Assembly: GCA_951406725.2 (NCBI GenBank)
Contig: OX597818.1
Span: 113,398,001-113,462,000 of the forward strand
Length of the DNA: 64,000 bases
From: Octopus vulgaris
Lineage: Eukaryota
Direction of reading: 5' to 3'
Shown here one piece after another: positions 37,046-51,740 of the stretch. The translations under genes were made by a program, and so were the position numbers. A model generated the notes under the pieces. The model was not told the DNA's origin. It was given only the letters and a program-made list of their open reading frames with translations, and made no database searches. The stretch's first letter is position 1. The number at the start of each line of letters is the position of its first letter.

Positions 37046-39499
37046 GAAACGATAATATAGCACGACCTACACAGTACATACACTTCTCTACACAAGTACT
37101 TACCCCCAATAATATAACACGAACAACAAAACACATATGTTGCACAATCGTCACCTGATAGTAAAACACAATATATTTCACGGATAACATACTAAATACA
37201 ATCATCACCCAACAAGACGACGCAACTCATATTTCGAAATATTCTACACAATGGATGAAGGAAGAAGAAACCTCGAACACAAAGCAAAATCCGCGAACGT
37301 GTTACCTCTACGATCACCGCTTTACAAATACCATTTGTGATAACTAGCCTGAAAAATCGGCACCATTAAAATTTCAATTGCATTGACTCTTCCATCCACT
37401 GCATCCCTTGCTGTTGCAATATTCTATCGGCAATTTTATAACACTCCAGCTCCATCTATTGTATCGCCTTTCTCGCTCCGAGGCGTAAAGACCATGTGCA
37501 CTCATCCACACTCTTGTCTTGTTAATGGGCACCGCGTCGTTCCACACATCGAAGACGTCTTCGAACGGATGCTTCGAATACATAATGACTCTCCTTTGTT
37601 TTCAGGACGCATACTAAAAACCAGGCATATGTGACTTTAACCAAAGTCGAAGTTGCTTCCGGGAGCACTTCCTTTTTTTTTCTTCTTCTTAATATCCACA
37701 TAGTCTAAATAAAATACGAAGATGCTCCCTCATTTTATTCAAACTGTGGAGCTATGATCAAATTCAAGGTCAGATATATGTTCATTACATTCATTCGAGC
37801 TTCATTTATATTTCCTACTCTATCCATTTCTTGAAGAGGTTTCGAAACCTAGATGTTACTTCACCTAATTTTTCACGAATTTATCTCTATTTCAGATATG
37901 TTTTAAGCATACAAATATATCAGAAATGTATAACTTTATGTGCGTTCACTGATTTACTGAAAATATTACCAAACCCATCGCGAAAATCCAGGTTAAAAAT
38001 CAAAAATTTTTCTTATAAAAATCAGAAAACGATGGGTCACATGACTGTGGACGCTACCACTTCCAATTACTTTATACAAGGAATGATGATATAGAAGTGG
38101 ATAGGATAACCATCCAGATAATGGTTTTGTAGTGAATGGATATAACAGAGCGTACAAAGAATGCACGTATCATCAAATTACTCGTAAAGCCTTTCCTACA
38201 AGCTGTAGTGGTTGTTTAGAATTACTATAATTAGAAGTAACATAGAAGAGAAGACTAAAATGGCGTCCATCAACTCAATCACTCAGTATGAAAGCATTTG
38301 CGAACCTGGGCTAATGAAACAGCTTCGACGTGGTCCATCAGTCGACAAGACATAATGCAACTCATAAAAATGCTTTTGAAATATCGAATAACATGCTGCA
38401 TTCTGTAATCCTAGATCTACAGAATGATGGAATGCTCATGTCTCGAGCGAATTACTTGACTAATCTTCGCTGTACAGGATTATCTGGGTCTTAACAGCAA
38501 CAACATGATTATGTTTTCGAAATATAAAAATATAATGATAATCTAATTTATACAAGAGTCGAGTCGATAAGATAATTCCAACCTGTCATATACTGAGATT
38601 GGTTAGTATAGATAGGCGTTATTGATAAATGTGGACATGACTGATAAAACGCTGAAATGTTGTTCGTATTCTTTAACCAGATAATACAAGCGAAACTCGG
38701 TTGTAAAATCTCAAAAGAAACCGTTACATATTATTGAGCAAGAAGCAAAGTGTAAATGATAATCAGATTGTCAGGTTCTAAAAATGTTAACGAGATTAAA
38801 TGACATTTAAATTATTAATGATATGTGCAAGATATAACTGTTGACCTACATAACTATACGTGTAGACATAATTCATACATTGTAAAAGATGATTTTATAA
38901 TATAATCAGATGATGTTAATTTGCAGAGGTTAACCGTAGGTTAGAATAAATTACATGGTCAGAAATTTTAGACAAAGAAGCCATATATCAAAATATATCT
39001 ATGAAATAGACGCAACTAATGAGTTTGCTTTTAAACGTGATAAGCATCTTTTACAATAGCTACAGACAAGAATACAGTGTATCAATGCTAATAAAGGATT
39101 GTAGAAGTTGATTAGAAAAATAAGTGAGTTGTAATTTGCAAGCCGAGTTCTGATAACTATTTTATTGTATCTCATAGTTCATTAAACATTTCGGAGACGG
39201 ACTGTTGTCATAAAAGACTATAATTTTTCAAACATTCAATATGAAGTTTTGGAGACGAAATGATTTCTTTTTATACTCAGCTTCAATCACTTCGATATCT
39301 GATCGTTATCATTTGCCTTATTTCTGGATATACATGGAACTTGTGTGAATTCGAACTTGGACACTCTATTTTCAAACTAAGCGAAGTGAATTTTAGCCAC
39401 TAGTGCGGATATAAGTTTCCATGTCTAGGAGAACACTTAATTGTCCTAAAATATTTAATTTCATAGAGTCTAACTTACCAACTTAACCAGATATATATT

Positions 39500-40075
39500 T
39501 TTCTTTACAACTCTAGGCACAAGGCCCTAAATTTTTTTTTTGGGGGGGGGACCAGTCGATTAGATCGACCCCAGTACGCAACTGATACTTAATGTTTCGA
39601 CCCTGAGTGGATGAAAAGGCAAAGTCGACCTCGGCGGAATTTGAACTCAGAATGTAAAGACAGACGAAATACCTATTTCTTTACTACCCACAAGGGGCTA
39701 AACACAGAGGGGACAAACAAGGACAGACAAACGGATTAAGTCGATTACATCGACCCCAATGCGTAAATGGTACTTAATTTATCGACCCCAAAAGGATGAA
39801 AGGCAAAGTCGACCTCGGCGGAATTTAAACTCAGAACGTAAAGACAGACGAAATACCTATTTCTTTCCTGCTCACAAGGGCCTACACACAGAGGGGACAA
39901 ACAAGGACAGACAATCGGATTAAGTCGATTATATCGGTTCCAGTGCGTAACTGGTACTTATTTAATCGACTCCGAAAGGATGAAAGGCAAAGTCGACCTC
40001 GGCGGAATTTGAACTCAGAACGCAGCGGCAAGCAAAATAACGCTAAGCATTTCGCCCGGCGTGTTAACGGTTCTA
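39500..40075 (-). mobile_element. SINE family A, three-unit copy
   Basis: One head and three cores at ~184-nt period. Confidence 0.85.
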
Positions 40076-41117
40076 ACAACATATATATTTAAGTATGTGC
40101 TTTGGACAATATTGAAAATTACAGGCTATGAAACCATAAGTACGACCCTAAAAATATTTACAAGTTTGTCCTTCTGCTGTGAGTAATGCATCTAAATTCA
40201 TTGTTAATGAACATGGAAGCATAATTAGCAAAAATGATTTATAAGCACATTTTATTCTAATTACTTTAGAACTTAAACTAAGAGATTAGTTGGACAGTGG
40301 GCTTAAAAAAATGTAAAATATCAAGATACGTTCACTAAAGGATAGCAAAAATGATTGTAAATTGTCAAGAGATATGCTGAAGCAGGTACATTTCTATTAA
40401 CACGTACAGCATATCGTATGATAAATTAGGAAATTAAAAATTCCATAATGCGGATGTTAAATCTGAGAGATATCCTGACTGTTATTCTCTAATGTAATAA
40501 CGAACATGATGCAGTATCTTATCATTAATGTTAATCTAGGTATCGTGTGTTGTATAATTAAAATCTAATTAATTTATGAAAGAGAGAAGAAGAAGAAAAT
40601 TAATAGTTATAAGTTATTGATAAAAGTTATGATCCAGCAATACCTTAGTTGTGATCGCTGAAACAAAGCTAGAAACCTATAAAAAAATATAAATAATTCA
40701 AACGCTGGGATGTCATGAAGAAGAAGAAAGGAGATTTGTGCAAAAGCGTTCGTGGGGGGAGACGAGAAATATCATCAGGTAATGAATAAAATATGATTAT
40801 TTTGAGAGAAGAAACTAAATGGCATTGTAAAACGAAGAGCTAGAATTTAACAGTGGAGAGAGAGGGGTTGAAATGTTACACATAGATAGCATTACTTAAG
40901 CACACTCACATATCTACATATACAGATGAGCATATTATTACCAATGATTATAAACACGTGTGTAAAAAAGCAAGATTAATAAAATATATACACACATACA
41001 TACACACGTATTTTCCTAGTAATTTCATATAGGCATACCTATGCGTGTATATAAGCACACGCATTTATATATACATAAGGATATATGCATAGGTATACAC
41101 GCATATTCCTACATATA

Positions 41118-41691
41118 TCAGGCTGAGTAAAACGTAAGCAACGTTTTGAAACATGAACTTCTTCACAATATATTTCAACAGTACAGAAATGTTATTCATG
41201 GACGTAAGTTTGCCAACGAGTTACAAGTTTGCTTGTTCCGGTAACATTAAAATCTGAAGTTCTGGAACTGATGAACTTTTTGAAGGTACTTTCAGCATCG
41301 GTTTGATTTTTGAACTCCTTCTCTCACAGGAAACCATCAAGGTGCTCGAAAAAGTGGTAGTTGGTAGGAGAAAGGTCTGGTGAATAAGCTGGGTGGGGAA
41401 GAACTTCGTAGCCAAGTTGTCTCAACTTTTGGAGCGTCATTAATGAAACGTATGGTCGAGTATTATCATGAAGAATGATTGGCCCCCTGTTCTGTCATCC
41501 AGTCTGGGACGGAGGAGTAGCAGTTTTTCGTTCATTTTGGCAATTTCATGGCAATATGTTTCTGCAGTAATGGTTTTTCCGGATTTTATGAAGTTATCGT
41601 GGATGAGTCCAGCAGTGCACCACCAAATCGTCACCATAACCTTCTTTCTAAAGAGCTCGGCTTCATTTTGGTCCAACCACTGCGAATAACG

Positions 41692-41766
<75 letters not shown>

Positions 41767-42375
41767 GTTGTTGTTGTAGAGGATTCACTTTTCATCTTAA
41801 GTTACAATACGGTCGAGAAATGGATCAGTCTGGCTACAGAGAAGCTGCGACGAGCAAATTTCATATCTGCGCATTTTCTGATTTTCCATCAAATCGTGTA
41901 GAGCTTTTTTTGATTTTCCGATCGCATGCAAATGTTTGCAGGCAGTTTTCTGGCTAACATGAAGTTCTTTTGCCAGTTCTCGAGTGGTTTTACGTGGATC
42001 TTTCTCGATGACGGTCTTTAATTGACCGCCATCGATGACAAAAGGGTGTTCACTACGCCCACGATCTCCAAGGCTCAAGTCCTCACTGCGAAATCATTTA
42101 AACCATTTTTCTCGACAAACGTTTCGTTGATATCGCAAGCAGTTTCAGCTGCTTTACATCCTTTTTTGAAGTTAGCAAAATTGCTCGAATATCGCGCTTT
42201 GATAGTTCCATTTCAGATGATTGTAACAACGGGGAAAAATTATCAACGTTAATATATTGATGCATTTAGGCAAGTCTATGTCTGTATTATGAGACAATTG
42301 CAAAAATGTTTAAGAAAAATTCAAGACTCTGCAAAAATCCCGTACAAATTCTTCATGGTTCAAAATGTTGCTTAC
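41118..42375 (-). mobile_element. Near-full-length decayed mariner (DD34D, Hsmar1/SETMAR-like), with an (AAT/AAC)n expansion inside the transposase
   Basis: DPRKTTRELA, FLDRIVT*DE, KKVMVTIWW, LHDN.RP, LPHPAYSPDLSPTNYHFF. TIR remnants gtaagcaacgttttgaaacatgaa (41134) and ttcatggttcaaaatgttgcttac (42352). Confidence 0.88.
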
Positions 42376-42931
42376 AGATATGGTGAAATCCTGACACCCC
42401 TGAGGGATAGCAAGTGAACTGTCTTAAACCTTATAAAGGCGCACTAACAGTGCGTGGTACAGCGTAGTGTGTGCAGTTGCATTTGTGAAGGCAGTCGTAG
42501 AAGACTTTGAGAAGACATATAAGTATGTTACGTGTTTGTTACTCATTTAGTTTCTGTAGTATTATATCGCTGTTACAGTGTATTCTATATCCAAACTCAA
42601 TGATATAAGAAAGGCGGTGCTCCAGCATGGCCGCAGTCCAGTGACTGAAACAATTAAAAGACAACAGATAAAATATGTACTAACCATCGCTGAGTTCTGT
42701 AGGGTGGAGTGGAATAAGTCTACATTTACGAAAGGAAGGCAGCTGGAGTGTCTCTTTAATTTTTATAGCCCAAAGAAAACGTTTGACATGAATTTATACT
42801 ATATGACATGAGATATAATTAATATAACATACAGAAACTTAGTTTCCATTCAAATTATTTATCATGAATTTCTTCAATGATATTGAAATTGGAGTATACA
42901 CATCGACAAACACACACATGCACACACACAT

Positions 42932-43015
<84 letters not shown>

Positions 43016-43398
43016 ATTATTATCATTATTATTATTTAATAAAAATACTATGTTACAGAATAATCAATTGTACTCTACAAAATCTATTAAGCAATCTTAC
43101 AGTTTTATGTAAATCTGGATCTATTATAACTTATAAAATCAAATATTAATATATATATATATTATTGCTTAACAAGAATAATATGTTAAAGCAGAATGAT
43201 AAATCTGTAGGCTACAACAGCTATTAAATGACCCTTCAGTTTAATGTAAATTGTTTTTATGGTTTAACTTAAGACCAAACATTACTGTGATTTAGTGTAT
43301 GCGTGTGTGTGTACATACATACATACATTTATTAACACACAGATATAGGCTAATATATGTGCATACATAACTACTCTTACATAGCCACACACACGCAT

Positions 43399-43433
<35 letters not shown>

Positions 43434-44305
43434 AATACAAACTCATACATAGACTCTTACGTAAGTTCTTCCCGCAAAGTTTTGCAAAATAGCGTTATAA
43501 CATTTTCATTCAGTGAAAGAGTCGTTAAAATATCTACCACCTCCCCCTCCCCTATCTTACAGTAATGAAAGAATCCATCACAAGTCATCCATTTCTGACA
43601 TCCTTGAATCCAACCCACGAATCCACATGCAGTTTTGCACTTTTGCATCCATTTCTTCTCAGTTCAGTTACCCCGCGTCTTCGTCATCAACTTTTTCTCC
43701 CCGAAGACCAAGGGAGAAATCAGAGAATTCCACATCCGGGAAATATGCTGAAAAGGAATCACTGACCAATCTATGTTTTTCTTTCTTAAGATCGATTGTT
43801 CTCACATTCTTACACCTTTCCTTCGCTTCTCGATTTTTCTGAATATTTCTGAGTGGTCGGAAAACACTTACGTATTCTGAAAACACAAACCGTAAGAAAT
43901 TTCGCCATATTGGAAATTTTGCCACATTAGAAAATTCGCCATATTAGAAAACATGTTGCATGGACAATGATAAAGCGTATGATATTCTTTTTAATTCTCT
44001 CAGTCATTTGACTTCGGTCATGCTGGAGCATCGCCTTTAGTCGAAAAAATCGGCCCCAGAACTTATTCTCTTGCCTTGTCTCTGCAGTCTTTAAACATTT
44101 CATTAAATCAACCATCCGGCTTCCAGTGAGCCAACGTCCAATATAACATACAAACCTGATGCACGCAGGCTTTTTGTTGTTTTTGCAGGGATTCTACATT
44201 TCAATCGTTTAATTCTTTCTAATTTTTGGTTTTACATAATCTTTTTACTTCTCTTTCAAATTTATACTTATACGAGGTAGATTTTTGTCCGTAACGTTAT
44301 AGCAA

Positions 44306-44660
44306 TTGATTCCATTACGATCATGTAACACCAAAAAGTGGCCACCAAAATCGCCAGATTTAAATGCATGGACTAAAACGTTTGGGGAGTTGTTGAAAGA
44401 GAAACGAACTGACAGGCTCAAAATATCGAAGGCCAACGTTGTGCAGGTGATGTCCGAAATGCATATGGAGCAACTGTTTGAGTTATGTCAACAGTTCCAG
44501 TTCCACATTGAAATAATCATTGTGGCTGAATGCAGAGTCATGGAATAATCTTATGAGAAAGTTTGTAATACACTGCATTTGAAGAAAACTTAATTTGATT
44601 TTGCTAGATTAGAGCTGTTTAAATCCCCAGATATGGCCTCAAATACGTCTCGCATCCTGT
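44306..44660 (+). pseudogene. Tc1/mariner (DD37D-like) transposase C-terminal relic
   Basis: WPPKSPDLN ... LCQQFQFHIE.II.AE...E. Confidence 0.65.
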
Positions 44661-44886
44661 ATGTACACACACGCGTTCACATGCACACACACACACACAC
44701 GCACACATATCAAAGCATACTCGAGATTTGGATGGATTCAGAAACCACTCACTGGTACACACACAGGTGTGTATGTGTGTGTATGTGTATGTATTCCATT
44801 CATAATAACAGTAAACTATTTCAGTGACTACATATACACACGTTCATATATATATATATATATAACACACATATATATATATACAT

Positions 44887-44927
<41 letters not shown>

Positions 44928-45728
44928 AACAAAAAATTGAACAAGAACGTAACAGGCGAGTTTGATTCACACACACACACACATACATATTTATATATGT
45001 ATACAGATATATACATGCATAAATATATAAGCATATATATTAATGTGTATGTATACATATACATGGATATATGTATGTATATGTATGTATATATATGTAT
45101 GTATCCATGAATATGTGTGTTTGCGCGTATGTATATTTTCATAATTTTTTTCGATGAGATATTCAAGTTATTTCAATGAAGTGTATGATACATTATGTTA
45201 TCGTAAATTCACTTCATGTTGTATCCTATACTTTCATGTCAGATATTTTTCCTTCGGGTGTTACAATCTAAGAGATGGTTCACCTGCCTTCCTATCATCG
45301 CTATATTTATATGACAAGCTTTCACTACACAAATGGGCGAAACTTCATACACCCCCTCTTTGTGTTGTGTTAGATAACGTTTAGTACACTACGACTGTTA
45401 CTTTTCATAAAGCTTGTAGAGGGGATTTCAAACCTAGATACGAGGTCAGATATCACGAGCAAACCATCATAGTTTCACTTGATCACTCTATTAACCGACC
45501 AACCAGCGTGAAGCAATGGCGAGGACAGGTTTTCTCGAACATTCTAGAATTTAACTTCTAGTCTCCTATAAAAGCCGTTCAGGGCACAATTTTCCCAGCC
45601 AGACGACTCAGGAAGGCGGCTAAGACAGACGGTGCAGATAGACGACTGGACTATCCGTTTGTATAAATATAGCTCAGTTGCTTCCAGCGATGTTGCCGTA
45701 TCAATAGCTTGCCGTAAACCCCAAGTTT

Positions 45729-45768
<40 letters not shown>

Positions 45769-45943
45769 TTTCTCTTACTATGTTATTATTGCTGTTGTAA
45801 TCAGTAAAAGTCATATTGGGATCACGACCAGGTCATTTTTAAGTTTCATCCTACCATAGTTGGTAAACTAATGTACCAGTCAACTTCTGGACCAATTTAA
45901 TCAATTAATAGCCTCTTGTACTGATGTTAAAAAGTTATTATTA

Positions 45944-45999
<56 letters not shown>

Positions 46000-46001
<2 letters not shown>

Positions 46002-46370
46002 ATGAAAACTCAGATTATTTTATTGGGTATGGTGGAAAGTGTCAGCTGTCCACAGCCAGCAGACTAAGGTGATACTTGTTTAATGGTCAAGCAATGCTAT
46101 TTTTCGCAGGTGTTCTACCTTCACACTTGCACCAATCTTTTTCAGCCATATTGGTAGTTGAGTGCTGATACTGCTAAGTGCACCAATTACTATTGGAAAC
46201 AAGTCTACTCTCTTCATTGACCACAAACTTCGTATTTCGCACATCAAATCGTCATAGTTGTTTATTTTTTCTTCTTTCACATTAATCCTACTGTCACAGG
46301 GACTGTTCATTCTTTTTTTATTCACTACAGCAATGTCCTATTTCCGACGTTTGGTCGAGTGATCGCTTAA
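46000..46370 (-). mobile_element. Second, different R4/Dong-like RLE 3' fragment next to (TAA)n
   Basis: PCDSRINVKEEKINNYDDL.CEIRSLW.MKRVDLFPIVIGAL...LRKIALL. Confidence 0.7.
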
Positions 46371-46519
46371 CTAATTCAGATTACAAAATTCAATGAACTA
46401 TTTTATAAAGATGGCAGGGTTTGATCTGAGCACAAGTTGGTTGCCATTTCAGCAGATCGATTCAATGCATAAAAGCTTCAAAACTTGTTTCTACATGTGA
46501 CTGAAATTTTTTTCTTGCT

Positions 46520-46681
46520 TATCATCTGTGATACCGTTATGCTGTAGTTTTAAAACTGGCAACGAAAATAAAATTTAGATATGGAGGCAAAAAACGAATG
46601 CATTTTATTATAAATACTGAAAAGAGCACAGGTTGTTTTAATTTACTGCTAAACATTTGCAACATTTGTTAATATACATTC

Positions 46682-46763
<82 letters not shown>

Positions 46764-46831
46764 TTACTGTGTGCAATTTTCTGTACTTACGCACACACAC
46801 CCACATATATATATATATGTGTGTGTGTTTG

Positions 46832-46862
<31 letters not shown>

Positions 46863-47051
46863 GTATATATATATATATATATGTGTATATATATATATAT
46901 GTATGTATATATATATGTATATATGTATATATATGTATGTATATATATATATATTTATGTATGTATATATATATATATGTATGTATATATATATGTATGT
47001 ATATATATATATGTATGTATATATATATGTATGTATATATATATATATATG

Positions 47052-47134
<83 letters not shown>

Positions 47135-47325
47135 GTATGTGTGTGTATATAGAGCCACAAGGTTGCACACAGCAAATCAGTAAATGAACAGAATATATGT
47201 TTTTAATATTGATTTTAAAATATATTAGTTTCAAAAAAATATTACCTTTTAAAATATATTAGTTTTTGTATTTTACTTTTGTTGCCAGTTTGAAAGCAAC
47301 AAACTAATGCCATCACAAATAATAA
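46520..47325. mobile_element. Old foldback/MITE with ~150-bp degenerate inverted arms enclosing a ~480-bp TA/TATG microsatellite
   Basis: tgtagttttaaaactggcaacgaaaataaaat aligns to the reverse complement of 47270-47302 (tgttgctttcaaactggcaacaaaagtaaaat); similarity extends in both directions. Confidence 0.65.
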
Positions 47326-47780
47326 ACATATGTGTGTTTGTGTGTGTGTGTGTACGCGCGAGCGCACAATAAGTACATATGCAGAGCAAAATTATTACAG
47401 ATTTCGAAATGTTTTACCCCTTTTAAATACGCTCGAGCTGTGCCTTTGTGAAGTGTAAAATAATTACACGTGTGCTATTTTAATGGGCGCTGGACATCAG
47501 AAGGAAATGAATAATTTTAAAATGGAGACAGGAAATAGATGTCTCAGCGAACAGAAAATTGTTTTGCACATCTAATTGAAAAGTTAACAACGATAAATAA
47601 AGAATCATAAATACCATATTTTCATTTAAATAATATATAATAATGGTAAATGCCAAGATTTTACCATTTATGTTCGAGTCTGCTGCAACAACAGCTTCAT
47701 AGGAAAGTGAATAACTTTTAATCAGTTCGTTTCATAATAATTTGGCTGTCAGAAGGCTTTTTGATATATATATATATATG

Positions 47781-48045
47781 ATTATCTGGTTCTCCGTCGG
47801 TTACGACGACGAGGGTTCCAGTTGATCCGATCAATTGAACAGCTTGCTCGTGAAATTAACGTGCAAGTGGCTGAGCACTCCACAGACACACGTACCCTTT
47901 ACGTAGTTCTCAGGGAGATTCAGCGTGACACAGAATGTGACAAGGCTGACCCTTTGAAATATAGCTGCTTGTCCCTTTTTGCAGCTCAATGGGCTGAAGC
48001 ATCCTGAAAAAAAGTGTCTTGCTCAAGGACACAACGCGTCGCCGT
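47781..48045 (-). mobile_element. SINE family C fragment
   Basis: Minus-strand gttgtgtccttgagcaagacac (CORE/V-like) with a GC-rich tail ending at (TA)n. Confidence 0.55.
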
Positions 48046-49222
48046 GATCGAAAAGAAAATCGCTCATTTTCTACTCCTTACAGCATTCCCAGCGAGAAGC
48101 TTAACAGTTTCACCTGCCGGCGGGGTCCTTATTTCATTGCACATAGTCTGTATGTTGTGGACTGTGACACTGTCGTGTGTTCTATGTTGTGCCGAGGCCA
48201 GTTTGTGGTTTCAACTTAGTATGTGGCTCATGCTCTCATCAAACCTTCCAAATATGCGGGATTCTGGTTTGACATTACGCTCCAACTCATATCTCTAGTC
48301 GTATCTAGTAATAAGTCACAACGTAGCTGCAGTTTTTAATGACTAACATTTTTGCCTCTCTGCCTTGACTTACCAATTCCAGTAACACAAATACTATCAA
48401 TTCTAAGAACTGATTTAATCGACAATACTCTACAACCAAAGTTGTGACACTCTGCCTACTTTAAAAATATTTATATTATTCACTTTATGACTTCGAAATT
48501 GACTTTGCCTTTCATCCTTTCGGGTCGATAAAATAAGTACCAGTCGAGCACTAGAGTCGATGCAATCGGCTAGCCGTCTCCCTCAAAGTTTCAGGCCTTG
48601 CGCATGCGTTAAAAATCATCCTTGTCATCATTATCATCATTATTGAATCATTGACACCCAATGATTTTATACATGTGTATACCATTATTCTTCCCTTTTT
48701 TATGTGGCAAAGTCTATATTATTCACTCAATGGGAGTTCTGTGGATATATTCATCTATGTGAGAACACTAGGTATCAGATATCGAATAGTTATGAAATTA
48801 ATCGTTTCCTTATATAGAGTGGATAATATAGATTTCACGTTAGTCCGTTATTTCTGTAATTTAATTGTTTGTACATCAGTATTTCCGTTATTAATTTAGA
48901 GTCTAAATTAGACATCACAGACATAGGCCATTTTCGGAAGCAAATTCAAAACAACAGTATTTCACGAATAAAACTTGATTTAATTAATCCATTATTTTGT
49001 TTGTTTTTTTGGTCACACCCATTTTTCTTCAAGGACCCCTGGATCTTTCCACCGCCCATTTTGGTAACCACTGATTTAGATTAATGATTACAGCCACAGA
49101 AGCCGTAATTGCAGTGTTGCCATTCAAAGACGGGTGTGTGCGTGACTACACAGCTTCTGCATATTCTTTAGGACGAGATTTGAAAAAGGAAAAGTTAGCT
49201 TCACTTTCTGCTATGTTAAATG

Positions 49223-49634
49223 CAAAGATGGGCACCGTTAATCGAAAAGTTAACTTCGTTATCCGTTAATCCGTTATCCAAAACGTTAACTTCGATAACT
49301 GTCAATCAGTTAATTCTTTTAAAATATAACGGAAGTTATCGATAAACCGTTAACGTTAATCTTCATCATAGAAAAAAAAGCAATCAGATTTTGCTCTAAA
49401 ATCACCAAAATATACCTTTAAGAAGTGCCAAAACTTCAAAATCCGTTAACTTCGATTGAAATGAAGTTAACGGAAGTTAACTCAAGTTGACTTGAGTTAA
49501 CGGAAGTTAAATCTAACGGACGTTAACCAATCCGATAATGATTTCCAAAGTTAACTTAAAAGTTAAATCGTTAACGAAAATATGAACGTCGTTAATTAAC
49601 GATTAACAGATTGACAGTTTGATGTCCAGGTTTG
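49223..49634. mobile_element. Non-autonomous hAT-type element with many subterminal GTTAAC repeats
   Basis: Perfect 8-bp TSD gttaaatg (49215-49222 / 49635-49642); imperfect TIR caaagatgggca / tgtccaggtttg. Confidence 0.85.
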
Positions 49635-51406
49635 GTTAAATGGCCTTCGTGAGACATATCCTGGCTTATTTTCGTAGTTTATGTAATTAAATATTAATAT
49701 TGTGCAACATTTGAAACCAATATAAATGCTGAGTACATCAGCTGAAGCTCAAATCCTCCGTCTCTCCTTTTATTCTAGAACATTTGGAACTGTATTGGCT
49801 TTTCTCTTTCCACACTCACTTTTAGAAAATTGACTTTAGAATGTGTGTTCCTATCTATTTTCTTTTTTTTTTTTTAGTATTTTTTGGCATTCTACTTTAT
49901 TGTTATCTTTTGTCTTGTTTGGTTTATTTCGCATTTTACTCGCTGTTTTCTCACTATCTGTCAAATACAATTGGTTGTCGATGCGTAATGTATTATCGCC
50001 TTGTCTATACCGATGTATTTTCTGTTTCATAATGCTACTTTATTAAACTAATCAGCCTTCCTTTTAGTCCTCCGCCCCAATTTTTACAAGAGCAATTACG
50101 ATTATGGTTACTTTATACTGTTTCTCTCTGAGTCTAGTTACTATCCTGACAGTGCACGTGATATTTGTTTATATCGTCTTTAAAATTGTGAGTTCGGAAA
50201 GCACAGGTTAATTATTCGTTTTCCTATCTGGACACATGCCTTAAATTAAAGTCCATTATATTATTTCTAACACATAGCTTAGAACCGGAATCTTCTTGTA
50301 TTGAATTCTTTCCTTTTACATTAAGATGACTCTATTGCAGGACTTATTTTCTCATTTTCATTCCTGTTTGTTGTTCGTGTACATTATATATACATTTAGT
50401 ACGACTCAGTCCTCATTTTTATTTCGACGTCTAAATCTAAATGATTGTCTGTTTGGTAGTTTTAGCTTTATTTTTTTATTTTTTGTCTTTTACTGGGGTT
50501 TTTTTTTTCAGTTTTATTTTATTAACCTGTACTAAAAGTATTTTCATATCATTGTCTATTCTAATATTCCTTATATCTTCTAAAATCACATGTGTCTTAC
50601 GCTAATTGCTGTCTCGTAAATAGCTCCAAACGAATATAAACAATGGAGAAAAATTATTTTTCCATAGCATTTGCAACGATTGGGTATTCATGTTGTTGTA
50701 GTTGTTGCTGTTGTTATTGTTGTTGTTGTTCCTGTTGTTGTTGTTGTTGTTGTTGTTGTTGCTTAATCAGATCATCGCTAATTAAAGTATCCGTAAGGGA
50801 AAACATTTCAGACACAGCCTCGCAGTTTTTTTTTTTTTTTGCTATATCTAGGGCTACATCATCTACAATGCATTTTGTTAAGATCGTATCTCTTATTTGA
50901 TGAAAAATTGACTGATGTTTTTTAACGAGGTACATCATCATCTGTTGATTCACATAATCTTTGTTAGTTTGATTCGGCAAAAGTATTTACCGCATCACAG
51001 ACTGGTTGAAAAATAGCTCAGATACGGAATATGCTTCCTTAACAATTTCTTTTCTCATACTTCAATTCAACGAAATGGATAAAATTTTGAAGCTGGATTT
51101 AATAATTCTACTATCATAGAGTTTTGTTCACGTCGTTATTTCATGGTTGACATAGTTTCTTAGTAATAAGTCTGTCTCGTTTATATCCAGGAGATGCCAA
51201 TATTCAGAGTGTGTTATTCTGTCAAAAGGCATTTCAATAATCAGTCTGTGTCATACTGCGATATTTTTCTCTCTTGTCCTGTCATTATAATCGCACCGTT
51301 AGCTAAGATTTGTTCATTACGTCCATGCATTCATATCCGACACATTGTCTATTCCTCAGGTAACATGTTATTAATTTCCAGATGAGCTGTCAAACATTTG
51401 AAGAGT

Positions 51407-51740
<334 letters not shown>

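Noticed and set aside
39500-40075. CRISPR-like repeat array
   Set aside because: Eukaryotic context; the units are tandem SINE cores with no unique spacers.
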